This document shows, in pieces, positions 41,041 to 56,137 of a stretch of DNA of 64,000 nucleotides. Positions within the stretch are counted from its first letter, which is position 1, and each line of letters begins with the position of its first letter. The stretch comes from Vicugna vicugna (taxonomy: Eukaryota): positions 3,707,967 to 3,771,966 of the forward strand of contig MU058636.1 in the NCBI GenBank assembly GCA_013265495.1, in the 5' to 3' direction. The translations under genes were made by a program, and so were the position numbers. The notes below the pieces were generated by a model. That model searched no databases. It saw only the letters and a list, made by a program, of their open reading frames with translations, and was not told where the DNA came from.

Positions 41041-44000
41041 CTTGTTGGTGGTGCTCCTATGCTGTATTCAAAGTCCAGCTCATTTGTCACCTCCTCTGAG
41101 AATACATCCTGGTGCCTCCCAGGTGGGACCAGCCACTTGACCCTGCTCTCACAGGGCTTAGTCTGTGCATCTGTTAGAGGTTTCATCTTGATCGGGTTCT
41201 CTCTTTTTTTTTTTTTTTTTTTTTATATTGAAAATGCATCAAATGAAACCTCTAGATAACACATCACAGGAAAGCATCTTTAAAATGTTTTTTTAAAATA
41301 ACGTTCAACATCATTTTTCCATTTGGAAAATGCAGGAAAATTGCAAAATCAGGGAACTATAGAAAGGCAAAGAAAAAGCTCATTTTAATTCTTCTATGCA
41401 AGTGATAAGTGTTGATACTTCACTGCAACAGAACCAGATTTTGATGGGAGGGGCCATTATGTTCATTTTAACCAAGTGCATATAACTCTGACGTAGAACT
41501 TGGTTAGATTTCACCCCTCAACAAAGCCAAATCATCCACAAACAGTGCAGAATTAAGGGTGATCAAACAGTATTGAGCTTGGTCCATGTGGAGCTGGGTG
41601 GGGCTCTGCAGTGGACCTGCCCTCATTGACCTTGTAATTGGGAAAGCAACTTCTTTCTGGAGCAGTTGTTGTTCTCGGCATGTACTCCACCAGTAGATCA
41701 GAGACATGCTATAAGCAAAATGTAAGTAGACTTCAGCAACAAGTCTGGCCGTGGTGCCATCAGATGAGCTGTGCTGATCCCTGCATTTCTCCCAGTTACT
41801 TGAGAACAGGACCATCCTCCATTCATTCAGCTCGGAATCTCCAGCAAACTGCTGGCCCTGGAACACAGCAGGTGCTCAACGAACATTTGTGGAGGTAAAC
41901 TAAAGGCTTGGGTTCAGATTCCTACCCCATCACTTATTAGCTAGATGCTCTCATTCACTTCTCTAGCTTTTATCCTTGTCTTTGAGCTAATGACTTTCAA
42001 ATTTCAATTGTTAACCCTGTCTTCTCCCCAAAACTCCAGACCCAGCTAACTAGCTCCCTCTTGGGTTTTCCACCCGGATGTTCCAAACGTAGCTTCAAAT
42101 CAGAATGTCTCCACCTAAACTTCTCCTATTCCCTCCCCAAATCCACTTCCTCCCATGACCCTTGACTTTATTCATGGCTGTCACCATCTATGTACCCAAG
42201 TGAGAGACTAAATGTCTCCCTCTTCATTGCCTCATTCTTTCCTCTTCTGTTGATCAGCTCACGAAATCCTGCTGACTCTTGTTCAAAAATATCCCGAATG
42301 CATCCTGTCATCTCCATTCCCACACCTGCTGTGTGAACTAGTTCCGAACCTCATTATACCTTACCTGGACTCTTACATCAGTGTCCTACCTGGTCTCTCT
42401 GCCTCAATCTGCCTGTTCCAAGACCCCTTCTATGTGACCATAACCGAAGGCATCTATTTTAACTCAGGCATAATTATAACATTTCCTTCCTTCAAGACAT
42501 TCAAGAGCTCCCAATTGCCCTGAGAAACTGAATTCTTAGACAACTCAGAGCGTCTGTCACAAACTGGCAACAACTCTTTCTGGTCTCATCTCTTACAAAA
42601 CTCACCCTCTCACCCTAAATAGGCATTTTCTGCTTGGGCCACACCTTTTCCACTCTTCCCCCAAAAGATCATACTTTCTCTCTTTGCAAGATTGGTCTAG
42701 AATCTTCTCTCCCAATTTTTTTTTTCTGTTCATTGTCTTTTATTACTTTTTTGATCTTTCTATTTTTTCTTTTTCCATTTTATTAGCTAGAATTATTACA
42801 GTTTGACTGCACATATACATTATATTGCATGTGAATACTGTTCATTGTTTCTAAGAACAGATTAGAGCTTTAGCTTTTTAAACTTACATAGTTATCAAAG
42901 GAATAAAGGCAACCACAAATTAAGAATCAACAGAATGCAGTAATCCAATCATACAGGACAGTCAAATGTGCTTACGCATATTCAAGAAATCAATCATCTA
43001 AGTTATAAATAATAAGGAGTTCATTTGTGCCCTTATTTTTTTTTTTTTAGGTTCTACATGTAAGTGATGTCACATGGCATTTTTCTTCTCTTTCCGGCCC
43101 ACTTCACTTAGAATGACGATCTTCAGGTCTCTCCCAACTTGTTGGTGGTGCTCCTATGCTGTATTCAAAGTCCAGCTCATTTGTCACCTCCTCTGAGAAT
43201 ACATCCTGGTGCCTCCCAAGTGGGACCAGCCACTTGACCCTGCTCTCACAGGGCTTAGTCTGTGCATCTGTTAGAGGTTTCATCTTGATCGGGTTCTCTC
43301 TTTTTTTTTTTTTTTTTTTTTTCCAAAAAATGATGCCTGATTCATACACAGCAGTGACTAGCTCAGGTTTGGGGTGAGATTCAGTGTCAGTGTGTGCTGG
43401 GCAAAATGGATTTGTTCAGAGAGACTCAGCCATGGGGACGGGTCCTGGGGCAAAGGGACCCATGTCTGGAGAAAGGAGTGAATGGAGCTCACTTATATTC
43501 TGAGAGTTAATGAGATGTGACAGAAAGACTCTTTGTTCAACATGATTAAACCTATAGCAGGGTCCTGGTAGGGGCATATGAAGACAAATGAAAGATATTC
43601 TCTAAATTCTACTCAACTTTTAGGATCGAGCTTAGAGTCAGTCCTAAATTCCAGTACTTGAGGAGGCCTCCCCAGCTTACAAATTCAGGTTTCTCCTCAG
43701 CAGAGATTTTCATGCAGTGCATTATAACCGCTGGACTGCTTGTCCACCCCTCTATTAGACGGTGAGTTAGGCAAGGGCAGGACGTGTGTTTATTCATCCT
43801 ACTCTTCTCAGAATTTAGCTTACTGTCTGTCTCCTAGCAGGTGTTTTGGAAATAGTTGTTCAATTAAATTGAGTGGGAAAGACCTCAGGAGACTTCATCG
43901 CATTCGGCATGTCCGCAGAAGCAGCACACAGCTAGCCCTCAAATATCTATAGACTGAATGTGAACATATTCCAGGGCTCAAGGGTTCAGCCTCTGCGGAG

Positions 44001-44299
44001 GCAGGGGAGGGAGAGGACTGGAGGGTCCTTTCTGCGCCCACTGCTGGGCACACTGCGCCTGCGGTCCACCGCGCGGGAGAAGCAAATAGAGCAGTGATGA
44101 AATCCATGGGACGTTCAGGAAGCCTTGATGGAAAAGTGACACAATGAACAGTGGGATTTCTACACGGAAGGGCATCCAGAGTAAGAAATGGTGTGGGAAA
44201 AGGAGAGGGGCGGGGGAGGGGGAGGGGATGGGGGCTGCTGGGAATGATCTGGAGGGAAAAAAGCAGACAACTGAGGGTAGGAGATACTGGCAATTGGCT

Positions 44300-45300
<1,001 letters not shown>

Positions 45301-47148
45301 CTTCGAAAGTTTGCTCTTTGCTAACGTCACCTGGAGGTGCATAGCCCTCCTACCCCCGCCCTGGTTTTTCTGCCCATTGCACTGACGTTTTGCGGCCATC
45401 TGAGCCGCCCAGGTGGGCATCAGGGCAGGCGCGTGGGGAAGGGCAGGGTGGGAACAGAACTGGCGGGTGATTTTCCCTTTCTGGCTCCTGAACTGGGTCT
45501 GATGAGCTCCAGTTTGGGGCACACCCTTTGCTAAGGAGAGACTCACACCCTGGCTTTAGACTGGGGGGGAGGGGAGGGGAGAGGATGTTTCACTTTGTGC
45601 GATACTCGCTTATCTAGTGAGGAGACCCAAGGACAGAAGTTTAAAGTTTCCCGTCTTTGGCCTCACTTAGTTAAAAAAAAAAAATCAATAAACCATGGCT
45701 GAGAAGGGACCAAAGCCCCGTGAAGTCCAACCCAGGGCCATGTGGGTTGTCAAGTGGGCAGTTCAGTTCTGGAAAAGTAAGTGCAATGAGTGTTGCTTCC
45801 ATGGACCCTGGGGCAGAGCTTGCATGCGCTGAGCTTAATTGGTTGAAGGGTGCGCAGGATGCCTAACTGTTGTGGACAAAGTGCCTGAAGCACTTCCTAG
45901 CAGACCAGAAGCCACCAGGGATGTAGTCAGGCTGGAGCAGGCTTTGATGGGGTAAAGGAGGAGGCAGCTTCACTGCTGGATTCTGCGGGCCTCTTGCCAC
46001 CAGAGGTCACAGCGTGTGGGTGGGGGGATTGGCGGCTCGACGCGGGCAGGTCTTAAATTTGTGCGGCAGAGCTGAGTGCCAGGAAGCGGGCAGTGCAGTC
46101 TAGAGTTTGATTCAGAGATGAGTAAGCCGGCCAGCTATTAAAAGGGAAAGCCTTTGCTTTGGGGAAGACAGCAGGCGGTGGTGGGGGATGGAGCCAGGAG
46201 AGCAAGCAAAAAAAAAAAAAAAAAAGAGAGAGAGAGATTTAAAATGCCTCCTTCAAAGCTGCTGGGAAAAACTTGCTTTTCCACACAAAGATAGCGAGGG
46301 CTTTGAGTGCCTGAAAAGCCATTTCTCAGCAAGAAATTTCTTTGTCCTTTCTCAGTGAATTGAAAATTCCAAGACATAAGCAGGGGACCATGGGAAGAAA
46401 TGAGTTAGAAATCAGTCTGCAAAGATTTTAAAAGAAGATAAGTATTGTATTTGAGAACAGAGTATGAAAAGTAAAAATGTCCAGAATTAATTGAAGCTAT
46501 AGGTTAGGCCTTTGACAAGAGTCAGCTCCCCTAGTCTCAGCAAACAGTGTTGCAAAACTTCAAATGGTTTTGAAGTCTGATTGTTAGACTCTTGCTCTGA
46601 ACACCTCCTCCATAGAAGAAAATTGAACAGCATGGTTCCCTGGCAGTTTAGAGTCTAGAATAAACAATGATCAGGTGACAGAGACCAGGGTTCAAACAGG
46701 GATCAGCAAATACAAGGTTCTCATAGTCTACACAATCAAATGAGGGCCTTTGTCCCCCGGGAGCAGCAGGGAGCATCTGTGACTAGTTTGGGAGCTGGAA
46801 GGAACCTGTCTTCCCCCCAGAGAACACACTGCGGCAGAGGAAGTAGCCCCTTATAACTGGGTGTGCAGGCCTGAAAGATGACTGGGAGGGAACCGCATCT
46901 GAATGGAGAGAGCCTTCTAGAAAGAGGAGGAAGACAGTTGTGGACAGCAGTGGGAGGTTTTGCCCTCATGGATCAGGAGTGAGGTGCAGAGTCAGAATTC
47001 AGATGTCTTTGTTGCTACTCCTCAAATTGGCCAGATTTAAGCAGTTGTCTTTGGCTTTGGAGGGAGCATACAACTTCCTCTCTCAACATTTGCTCCAAAG
47101 TAGTCACTTATTTCCTTCTTCCCTCCCTGAAAGAGGCCGCATCTTATA

Positions 47149-47315
47149 CCAGTGCTTCTCAGACTTTAAATAAGCTTGCATGTCTCCTGAGCATCTTGTT
47201 AAAATGCAGATTTTAGATTGAATAAAATTGAAGAGGGACTCAGGATTCTGCAGTTTTACAAGCTCCCACGTGATGCCTGTGCTGTTGGTCCAGCGATCAT
47301 ACTTTAAGCAACAAG
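47149..47315. mobile_element. hAT-Charlie MER5A-like element
   Basis: cagtgcttctcagacttt...cttgttaaaatgcagatt...ctgcagttttacaagctccc..tgatgc...catactttaagcaac. Confidence 0.75.
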
Positions 47316-47835
47316 GTCTTACATACGTCTGTCATTTCACGTTGAAATGGTGCATCTTCTTATCTGTCTTCCCAATAGACTATATGTTTCTGAAAAAGGA
47401 AAGCAAAACTATTTCCTTTTTCATCTTGTGTCCCCAGTGCCCTGCACATAGTAGGTGCCTAGTGAATGTTTATCGCACAAATGAATGTGTGTATTGTTGA
47501 TTAGAGTCACAGACCTGAGAGTGATAAATCTGAAAATTTGGCTTATTTCACTAGACTAGGGGCAGAAGAAGAAGGTGAGGGAGTGAACAGAAGGAATTGT
47601 TGGAGAGCAAAAGGGAGGCTTTGCATAAAGCTAGTGAGTTAACCCGGGAAACACAGCAGGGCCATCCTGTGTGCTCTCAAGGGCAGAACGTTCCTGTAAA
47701 CTTCTGCTTAGTGTCACAGCAAAGGATTATGGTAGCTATAAGCAGTTTCTGGGCCTTTTACACAAGGACTGTTCCTGTATATTCCCCCTTTTCTCTGCTA
47801 CTCTCTTCATATTTTTAAAAAATGAACGTACACGT

Positions 47836-47860
47836 ACACACACACACACACACACACACA
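47836..47860. repeat. (AC)12 microsatellite in MEDAG intron 1
   Basis: Read directly from the sequence. Confidence 0.95.
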
Positions 47861-50800
47861 GATGGAAGCCATGGGTTTGAATTCCTATTTGAACATTAAA
47901 TTGTCAGGATCCAGGGAAATTTGGAGTAGCTTTTCAAGTCATGCTAGAGATGATATAAAATCTGCAGAGAATGCTGGGTAGACATCCTAAAGAGTGAGTG
48001 ATGTTTCAGCTACTCCTGATTTGCGAAAAGCAAAAATTCAAAGTGCTTTCTTGGTCTCATCTTTCAGACATTGCCTTAGCTAAGCTGTTCCCTTTAGCCT
48101 CCCAAACTGAAAAGATGAGGAAAGAAATTGGAGCAAGGAAGGAGAACCTCTTACTCATTTATTTTTCAGATACTCATACAGTCCTCCTTTCCTGGCAACT
48201 CACATGAAAACAGCGCTGGTTGTGTGTCAGAAGCTTACAGAGCTTCACCCTAAGGCCAGCCGAGTTGGCCAGAATTAAAGACACTGATGATGTTTGTTAA
48301 GTATTTACTATCAGCCCAAGTACGCACATCTATGCTATTGGCACTGCATTAAATCATCAAGTAGAAGGCAACAGTGCTATATCTCTTTTACAGAGGAGGG
48401 AACCAGTCCAGATGGGTTAAGTAACTCAAGGTCGTGGCGAGTTGCAGCTCTGGGACCGAGTTCACACAGCCAGTCAGTCAGGACGTGAATGAGATCTTAT
48501 CTGGAATCACCAAGCTTTCCATCACATTGTTCTGCCTTTCAGTCTTCGGATTAAAGAGGCGTAGAAAGGTTCAGCCTAGCAGCATTTGGGGGCCAGGATA
48601 AAATCAATGAAGAGATGAGAGTTTAAAGGAACTCTCTTAAACTATTTGCATCTCATCCCTAATGATAATTTCAGCAAATATCATAAATATCCAGGACACA
48701 GAAGCAGTATTTGCATTCGTAATTTAGAAATATGCGTGATTAAAGATTAGATAACTAGTCCCTAATGTAGTCTGGCCAGGCTTATCTTAAAATAAAATCG
48801 GGGGTTGAATGTCAGGTGCTTTAAGACCTGCAAGACTTAACAACTAGGTCCTCAGTCTCTTTGTATTTTAGTGACTTACTTATCCAAATCTCACACCAGT
48901 GAATTCCAAAGGGATATTCACATTTATTTATTTCGCTGCAATTTTGGGATGTTTAACAATTGGACCATAACTGGAGGCTGAGAATGGATGAATTAAGGAG
49001 GTATTTCTGATTTGTGACCTGGTTTAAATTGAGAGTTAAGTAGGGATCTCGCCACAGCCTCTTGTCTGTAAATTCTGTTATCAGAGCTCTCGTGTGAGCA
49101 GCATTTTCCTGCATCTGTGGTACAGTGATAACTGCCATGCTCTGTGATGATGTTTACAGCCCCGTTAAGATCCTAAACGTGCCTCTAAATCATCAAAGGA
49201 AGATTAAATTATGTTGAGCATAGTCTTATTATTCAGGATATCTTATTAAATTCAGACTCCAAAAGAGGCGATGCATGTATAGGTATGCATTAAACTCAAT
49301 ATGTGACTATCCAGAAGATTCTCCCTCCTCCTCCCCTGCCCAGTCCTCCTCCTTTGATCAGGCCAAATAGCTCTCTGAGCCCTTAGCATTCAAAAAAGCC
49401 TTCTGCAGAATTCTGGGGAAAACTGATTATTTTCCCAACCAGTGATCATTTCCAAGTTGCGATTTTTATCTTTTTCCTGCCGATGATACTTCCAATCAGA
49501 CGTCAGTCAATTTCGTAGGCAGAGGCAAGGATTGCACTGTCATTTGTGTCGTCAGAATAGTAATCAAAACTGCAGATTTTCTGGATGTACGGTGCACACA
49601 CTCTGTGTGCATATGCTGGAGAATGATGGTTAGACTGTGGATATTGAGAGAGAAGAGGAATCTCCTTGAGGAAAATATTAAGTGCTTAAATGACTATAAA
49701 TTAACTCCATGATAAACAAGGTGGGAGAATGTGAAAATTGCTTTGGATGGATCACAGGTGGTACCCGACTCCCAGCTGGCATCATGCATCTATCTCTTTG
49801 TTCACTCCAGTCAGACTTGTCCTTTTCTTCCTCTTTGACTACAAGACTTTTCTCCCTCTGCCCATCCCCGCACCCCTCTGCAACCACAGACCTTACTCTC
49901 CTCTCCTCACCCCGCTCCCAGGTCACTCTTGCCGGCCTGTGCCAGGTCCTTGGCAGCTGCATAGATGGATGGCAGAGGGGTAGGAAGCACAAGGGAGCCC
50001 CTCCCTGTGCCACTGCCCTGTTACTCCATCCCCATCTTCTGGGCCCTAAGCCCCTCAGATATGTAAGTTGTATGTCAATGCCCGGCACATAATTGGTGCT
50101 GAGTGAATGCTGTTGAATGAATGAATGAGCGTGAATGAACCCAGCAAACGGTGGTTCCCTTTCTGATTCCTTCACCTCTGCTTCCTTTCTCCAGTACCTC
50201 TTGGCAGTTGGTCAGTTGGGACAAAGAAGAACAGGAAAATTCTCTGCTGATGCGGAGCACAGCGACACTCCCTTTCAGGGGCTGCCCCACCCTGTCTCAG
50301 CGCGCACTGTTCCGCCTGGTGAGGGTGAGGGTGGAGGAAGCACATAAGAAGAACCATGCGACACCCCATCTGCACTGTCTTACCATCCATTCCCCTCCAC
50401 CGCAACTAGGTCCCCTGCCTCTTCTCCATTGGCACCTCCTCTCCCCTACTCCAGCCCTCTGCACCTGCAGCCCTGAACATCAACCCCTGCATCCTCTCTC
50501 CTCCCCTGGATGCACCAGCCTGTGTCCCCTCCCCTGGGGACCAGCCCCCTGGCCACTCCTGGTGCCCAGGGTTGGGAGGTGGAGACCACCTTAAATGCCT
50601 GGGGAAATAGAAGGCAGAAGCACTTTAAATGCTCTGTGGGAGTTAGGTTTTAAAAGATCTCAAAGCAGATCTGACAATCCCAGAAAAAAGATGATGACAC
50701 AGATTTCCAAGAAGCCAAGCTGGAGGCCCGCGAGCAGAAGCTGTGCTTTTCTGGCTGGGGGTTAGATATTCTCCACTGCTCCTGACCCCTGCCTGGGGTG

Positions 50801-51839
50801 CCGTCCTGGGCTCTGGCCCCTCTAAGTGGGTTGTGGGAAGTGGGCGATGGGGAGGGAGGCTGAGAGGACAGTGTGGCCACAGCTCCCTGCTGTGGGGGCT
50901 CCCCAAGGCGGTGATTTTCATGTCAGGCTCTGGAAGGACCACAGGCCAGAAAGAAACGCGGGAGCCGTCCTGCCCGGGACAAGCCAGCTCGGGGTATAGT
51001 GGCAAAAGCATCCCATTGACTCTGTGCGGCCCGCACAGCAGCACCATCCACGGGAAGCCGCACGGTCTGGAAGAGGGACTGTGGCTGACATCCCACAGCC
51101 TGCTGGGTACCACTCAGCCTGCCCGGGTCCACTCGGCTTCTAAGCTTGGGCTCAGTTAGACAATTAGCCGTCTTCTTGAAGGAAGCCAATTTGCGCTCGC
51201 ATCTGTCTTGTTTATCAACCATGCAGGTTGAGATGCAGACTGCTTGGAAAATGTGTAGAGTGGGGAGAGAAAGCTGACGTGCTGGACAACAGAGTCAAAA
51301 AGCCAGAAGCTCTTCCTGGGCTGGAATAATGAACTAAAACCAAGGAGGCTAAATTTAATAGGGCCCTGGACAGAAATCTAACATTATTTTGGTTTTTGTT
51401 TTTCAACTGCACACGCTCGCCGTCAGGGAGAGGTGAATCAGTTCATGTGAATGCTGGTCGATTGCGTAATCTATGGCGGGGTGGGGGGGCCGGGTTTGTC
51501 TTGGGATTAGAGAAGGGAAGAGGAGAGGAGAAGGAGAGGAAAATTTCAGACCCACCAGTTAGTCAGGATGACTGCACTGAGCAGACCCAGCGAATTCCGC
51601 TGATTGAGTATAAGTCATTCTCAGTCCAGAGAGACATAGCACTCCTGTAGCTTCAAACTAACTCTTACAGCCCAAGGTGGACGGTGCTGGTCAGCATCTG
51701 GTGAAGACTGCCTCTGAGAGCCAAGCGTTGGTGCCAGGTGCCCCCAGGACCACGGACACCTTTGGGCTGCATGCAGATCTGTCTGCCGACCAGGGAGGAG
51801 GATTTATGCATTTGGTACAAGATATGGCTGCTTCCCTAA

Positions 51840-52136
<297 letters not shown>

Positions 52137-54840
52137 TGAGGCAGACGCTGGGCCTGGAGAAAGCAGGGTGGACGTCAGCTCGTGCCAGGCTGGAAATGAG
52201 AAGCCTGCCGTGTTAGGCCACCGAGAGCCCGGCACAAGCAGAGCAAACCCCTGAATGATCCTCCGGCTGAAGCCATCTGTCTCCTGAGTTTTCTTTCATG
52301 CTTCCTGTCTGAGCAGGGAGTGATTTCTGAGCCTACAGGGGTTGCAAAGATGACCGGAGTGATGAAGAGGATGATCTGTGTTACTGTTTACCGCATCCCA
52401 AACACGTGTGCCAGGCATGCTCTGATGTCATTAATTTGCCAACAGCCCCACTGGGCATATCATCCAAAGGAGAACGTTTTTGAGCATGAAAGCAGGTACT
52501 GTTAATAATTATGCTGCAACAGAGGTACAAACTGGAAGAGACTCAGGCTTAGCTAGGATGAATGGTCATCCTGCCTGAGGAAGGACTCGGATTCTCCCCA
52601 TTTTATAAAGGAGAAAACTAAGATAAAGAAGGTAAATGATTTCGATGCTTTTATATTTCATGTTATAGCCTTCAAATTTCAATTTTAGACATATCTCTTT
52701 CTCGTTTTCTTCCAAGAAATCAGACCAACTGATAACAACTATATTAACTCAAATTCCAATATCAAAATATCTCAGTTTTTAACTTCTTCCTCCTCCTCAA
52801 GTGATATGTGGTGTAAGTCATGAGCATAATGCTCTGTGATAGAGTTAGAATGTCTTAAACTTATTTCTAAATACCGTTCTTAAAATGAGCCCAAGGGAAT
52901 AAGAATTGATCTACAAATTCCAAACAGACTTCCTCAAACCTGCCCTCTCATTCGGATTTGTGGAGCTGACTCTCTGCTGTCTCATTCAGAGTCATTCAGA
53001 TTCCCTGCTCATTTCATCATTCAAAGTCACGATGTCCTTCTCTGCAGGAGGGGCCGGGAACAGATCGCACTGTAACAAGCAATGCTTGTTAGAGCCTCTG
53101 AGCCCCTGATCTTATTTGGCTTGATGGTGACTAGAAAGCCAGGGAATTCTCTAAGAATGTAATTCACAGATGTATCAAGTACACCTCCTGCGTCGACCTC
53201 TCAGGAGGAATCTCAAGAAAGAATGAGAGACCTCTCCATTTTAACATTTTCATGAAAGTACAGGGAGTGGTAGAAGGAATATTTGTGGGTGGCCTTCAGA
53301 AGTACACAGTTGTGTCTCTTGTGGAAGGAGGCACTGAAACCCAGTCCTGGTTAATTGTAAGGAAAGCCATGAAATGAAGAAATTCTCTGACATAGACTCT
53401 TAATGTGGTCAAGGTTAAGTTATGAAAATTGTGATGCAACATGTTCAGCCCTGCTGCTATCCCAAAATATACTCTTGTGCAAACTTAGAAAAAGCCACCA
53501 TTAACGCCAGGCAATTTACTGATCCTTCCCAGAAGTTTGTCATTAGAAATATACACATAGACAACGTGAAAGTGATTGGCAGCCTCTAGAATTGTGCAGT
53601 GCGCAACCTGCCCAACCAGCACAACTGTGGAGTGTGGTGGCCCTGAGTGTCTAATGAGCTCAAAGGTCTTGATTTGGCTTATGTGAAAGTTAACTCAAGG
53701 TATCAAATTGCTGGCTTGTTTTACTCAATTATTTATATCTTTTCTCAAAGAGGATATAAGGTGGTTTATATCTAAAGTGTCCCCCAAATGATTTGGGAGA
53801 CAGGAAAAGCAGAGTAGGAAAAATAAGATGAATAAGGTTAGCACAAAAGTTAAGTTCAAAATGTATTCCCCAAGGACGTAACGCTTGCTCTTCGTGGACC
53901 ACAGGTTTGACGCTCAAAGCCAGTGCAGAATGTTCGGTTTCCAAAATCATGTGATGGCTGGTCCATGGCCTTTAGACAAAGGGTGACATCCTATGTTATA
54001 TATCTTCCTAGAAAAAATGCTTGAGTAATGAAGGCCATAGAGCTTGATCCTGGGGGCTGGAAAAGTTAAGAGATTATTGGTTAATAATATTTCAAATTTC
54101 CTAGTGAGTGAACAATCTTCCTTTTGCTTAGATTATATAGATTTGGACAGAGTTGGATTTAAGGGATTACTAAACCAAACCCACCAAACAAACACCAACA
54201 AAAAACAACTGCCAGGACACAGACGCGTTAGTATTTAAACAACGGGAGAGACTTTCCCACGGGCTCGTGTTGCTGGAGTGGGGCATGGAGGAGAACCAAC
54301 CTCAAATTGCCTCGGTCCTTAGAACCCAGATTAGCCTTTTGGCAAAGGGCTCTGGGGGAGGGCAGGGAAGGAAGAGGGAGGGGCAGCCACGGGGCAGCCT
54401 CCGTCCCTGGACTTTGCTGATTTTCTGCTTTGCAAATGAGGAAGTGTTGGTGAGAGCCAAGTCACTGTTTATCAGCCAGGCGGGAACCCATGTTCACTTT
54501 GGCTCCCCGCACTGGATGCGTGCAGCGGCGACTCAGTCCTCATCTGTGATAATTACGGAACGGAATTTTCGATTTCTGAGACGAGAGTGACAAAGTGCAG
54601 CCTAGGGGGAGCTGGTTTTCTGAGCTGCCTTTACAAGATCCTGGAGCTTCCTTCACATTTACATCTGCAAACTTCTCAGAAACATTCCTAGAGATGGGTT
54701 AGGCTTTGCAGCCAGGTCCTGAGGGAGCAGCAAGGGAAGTTATAAACAAATAAAATCTCCAAATACGGTGGGAATCACTGCTTTGTCAGAAGTATGTTTA
54801 CATCACACATGCACCCTTCTCTTTGACTTCTGTGTCCTAA

Positions 54841-55032
<192 letters not shown>

Positions 55033-55355
55033 TGAGTCCCTGGAGCTTAACTGTAACTTAACTGAATGCCGGCATAGAAGTTTCCCATTGCTTCATTATC
55101 ACTACCAAGAAAATGAGCATAGTTGCTAGCCACTTATTAGACACGGGTAAGAATAAATATAAACTTGACCGAGCAGTTCAAGGTCTTTACATGGAATCTG
55201 AAGCAAATGCAAAGGTCTGTTTAAAAAAAAAAATCAAAGCAAATGTTTAAAAATACGTCAGAATGAAAGAGAAATAAGAGGTGTGATATTTTGGACATTT
55301 TGGCCACTGTTAATTCTATAATATAATTCTACAATGAAATATGTCTGTAATATAA

Positions 55356-55757
<402 letters not shown>

Positions 55758-56137
55758 TAGTTGAAAAGATAAAGCCTCTTGATAAAGGGCAAGTATAATA
55801 TCACCTGTTTCAGGAAATAAGATGTGAGAAATGTTTACCATGAAAAAGCAGCACAGTGACTTTTTCTTTTAGGCTCCTCAAAGTCTTCTGACAGCAGTTC
55901 TATTGTGCAGTGCACCTAGAAAATAATTTTAAAATATATTATTAATGTACATACATGTTAAACTCATTTAAGTTTTGTTAATAATGATTTAAATATAAAA
56001 GAATAATGCTTTCCTCATGTGATTATTCAGCGCAACAGAATGTTAAGGAAAAGTGTTGGTTGGTGGAGGAAGCTACCTGGTCAAGACATCTATCTTCAAA
56101 AATATTTGGAAGGGTTCTGCAGAGTTTGTAAGACCGC

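Larger units (their letters stand above)
39129..43322. repeat. Direct tandem duplication, 2 x ~2097 bp
   Basis: 39129-41224 is repeated at 41226-43322 with a constant offset of 2097. Identical ORFs appear at 39407/41504 and 39541/41638. Three substitutions seen. Confidence 0.97.

Noticed and set aside
39407..41866. Two identical 120-aa ORFs suggesting a duplicated gene
   Set aside because: A by-product of the 2097-bp duplication; no promoter, splice or homology support.
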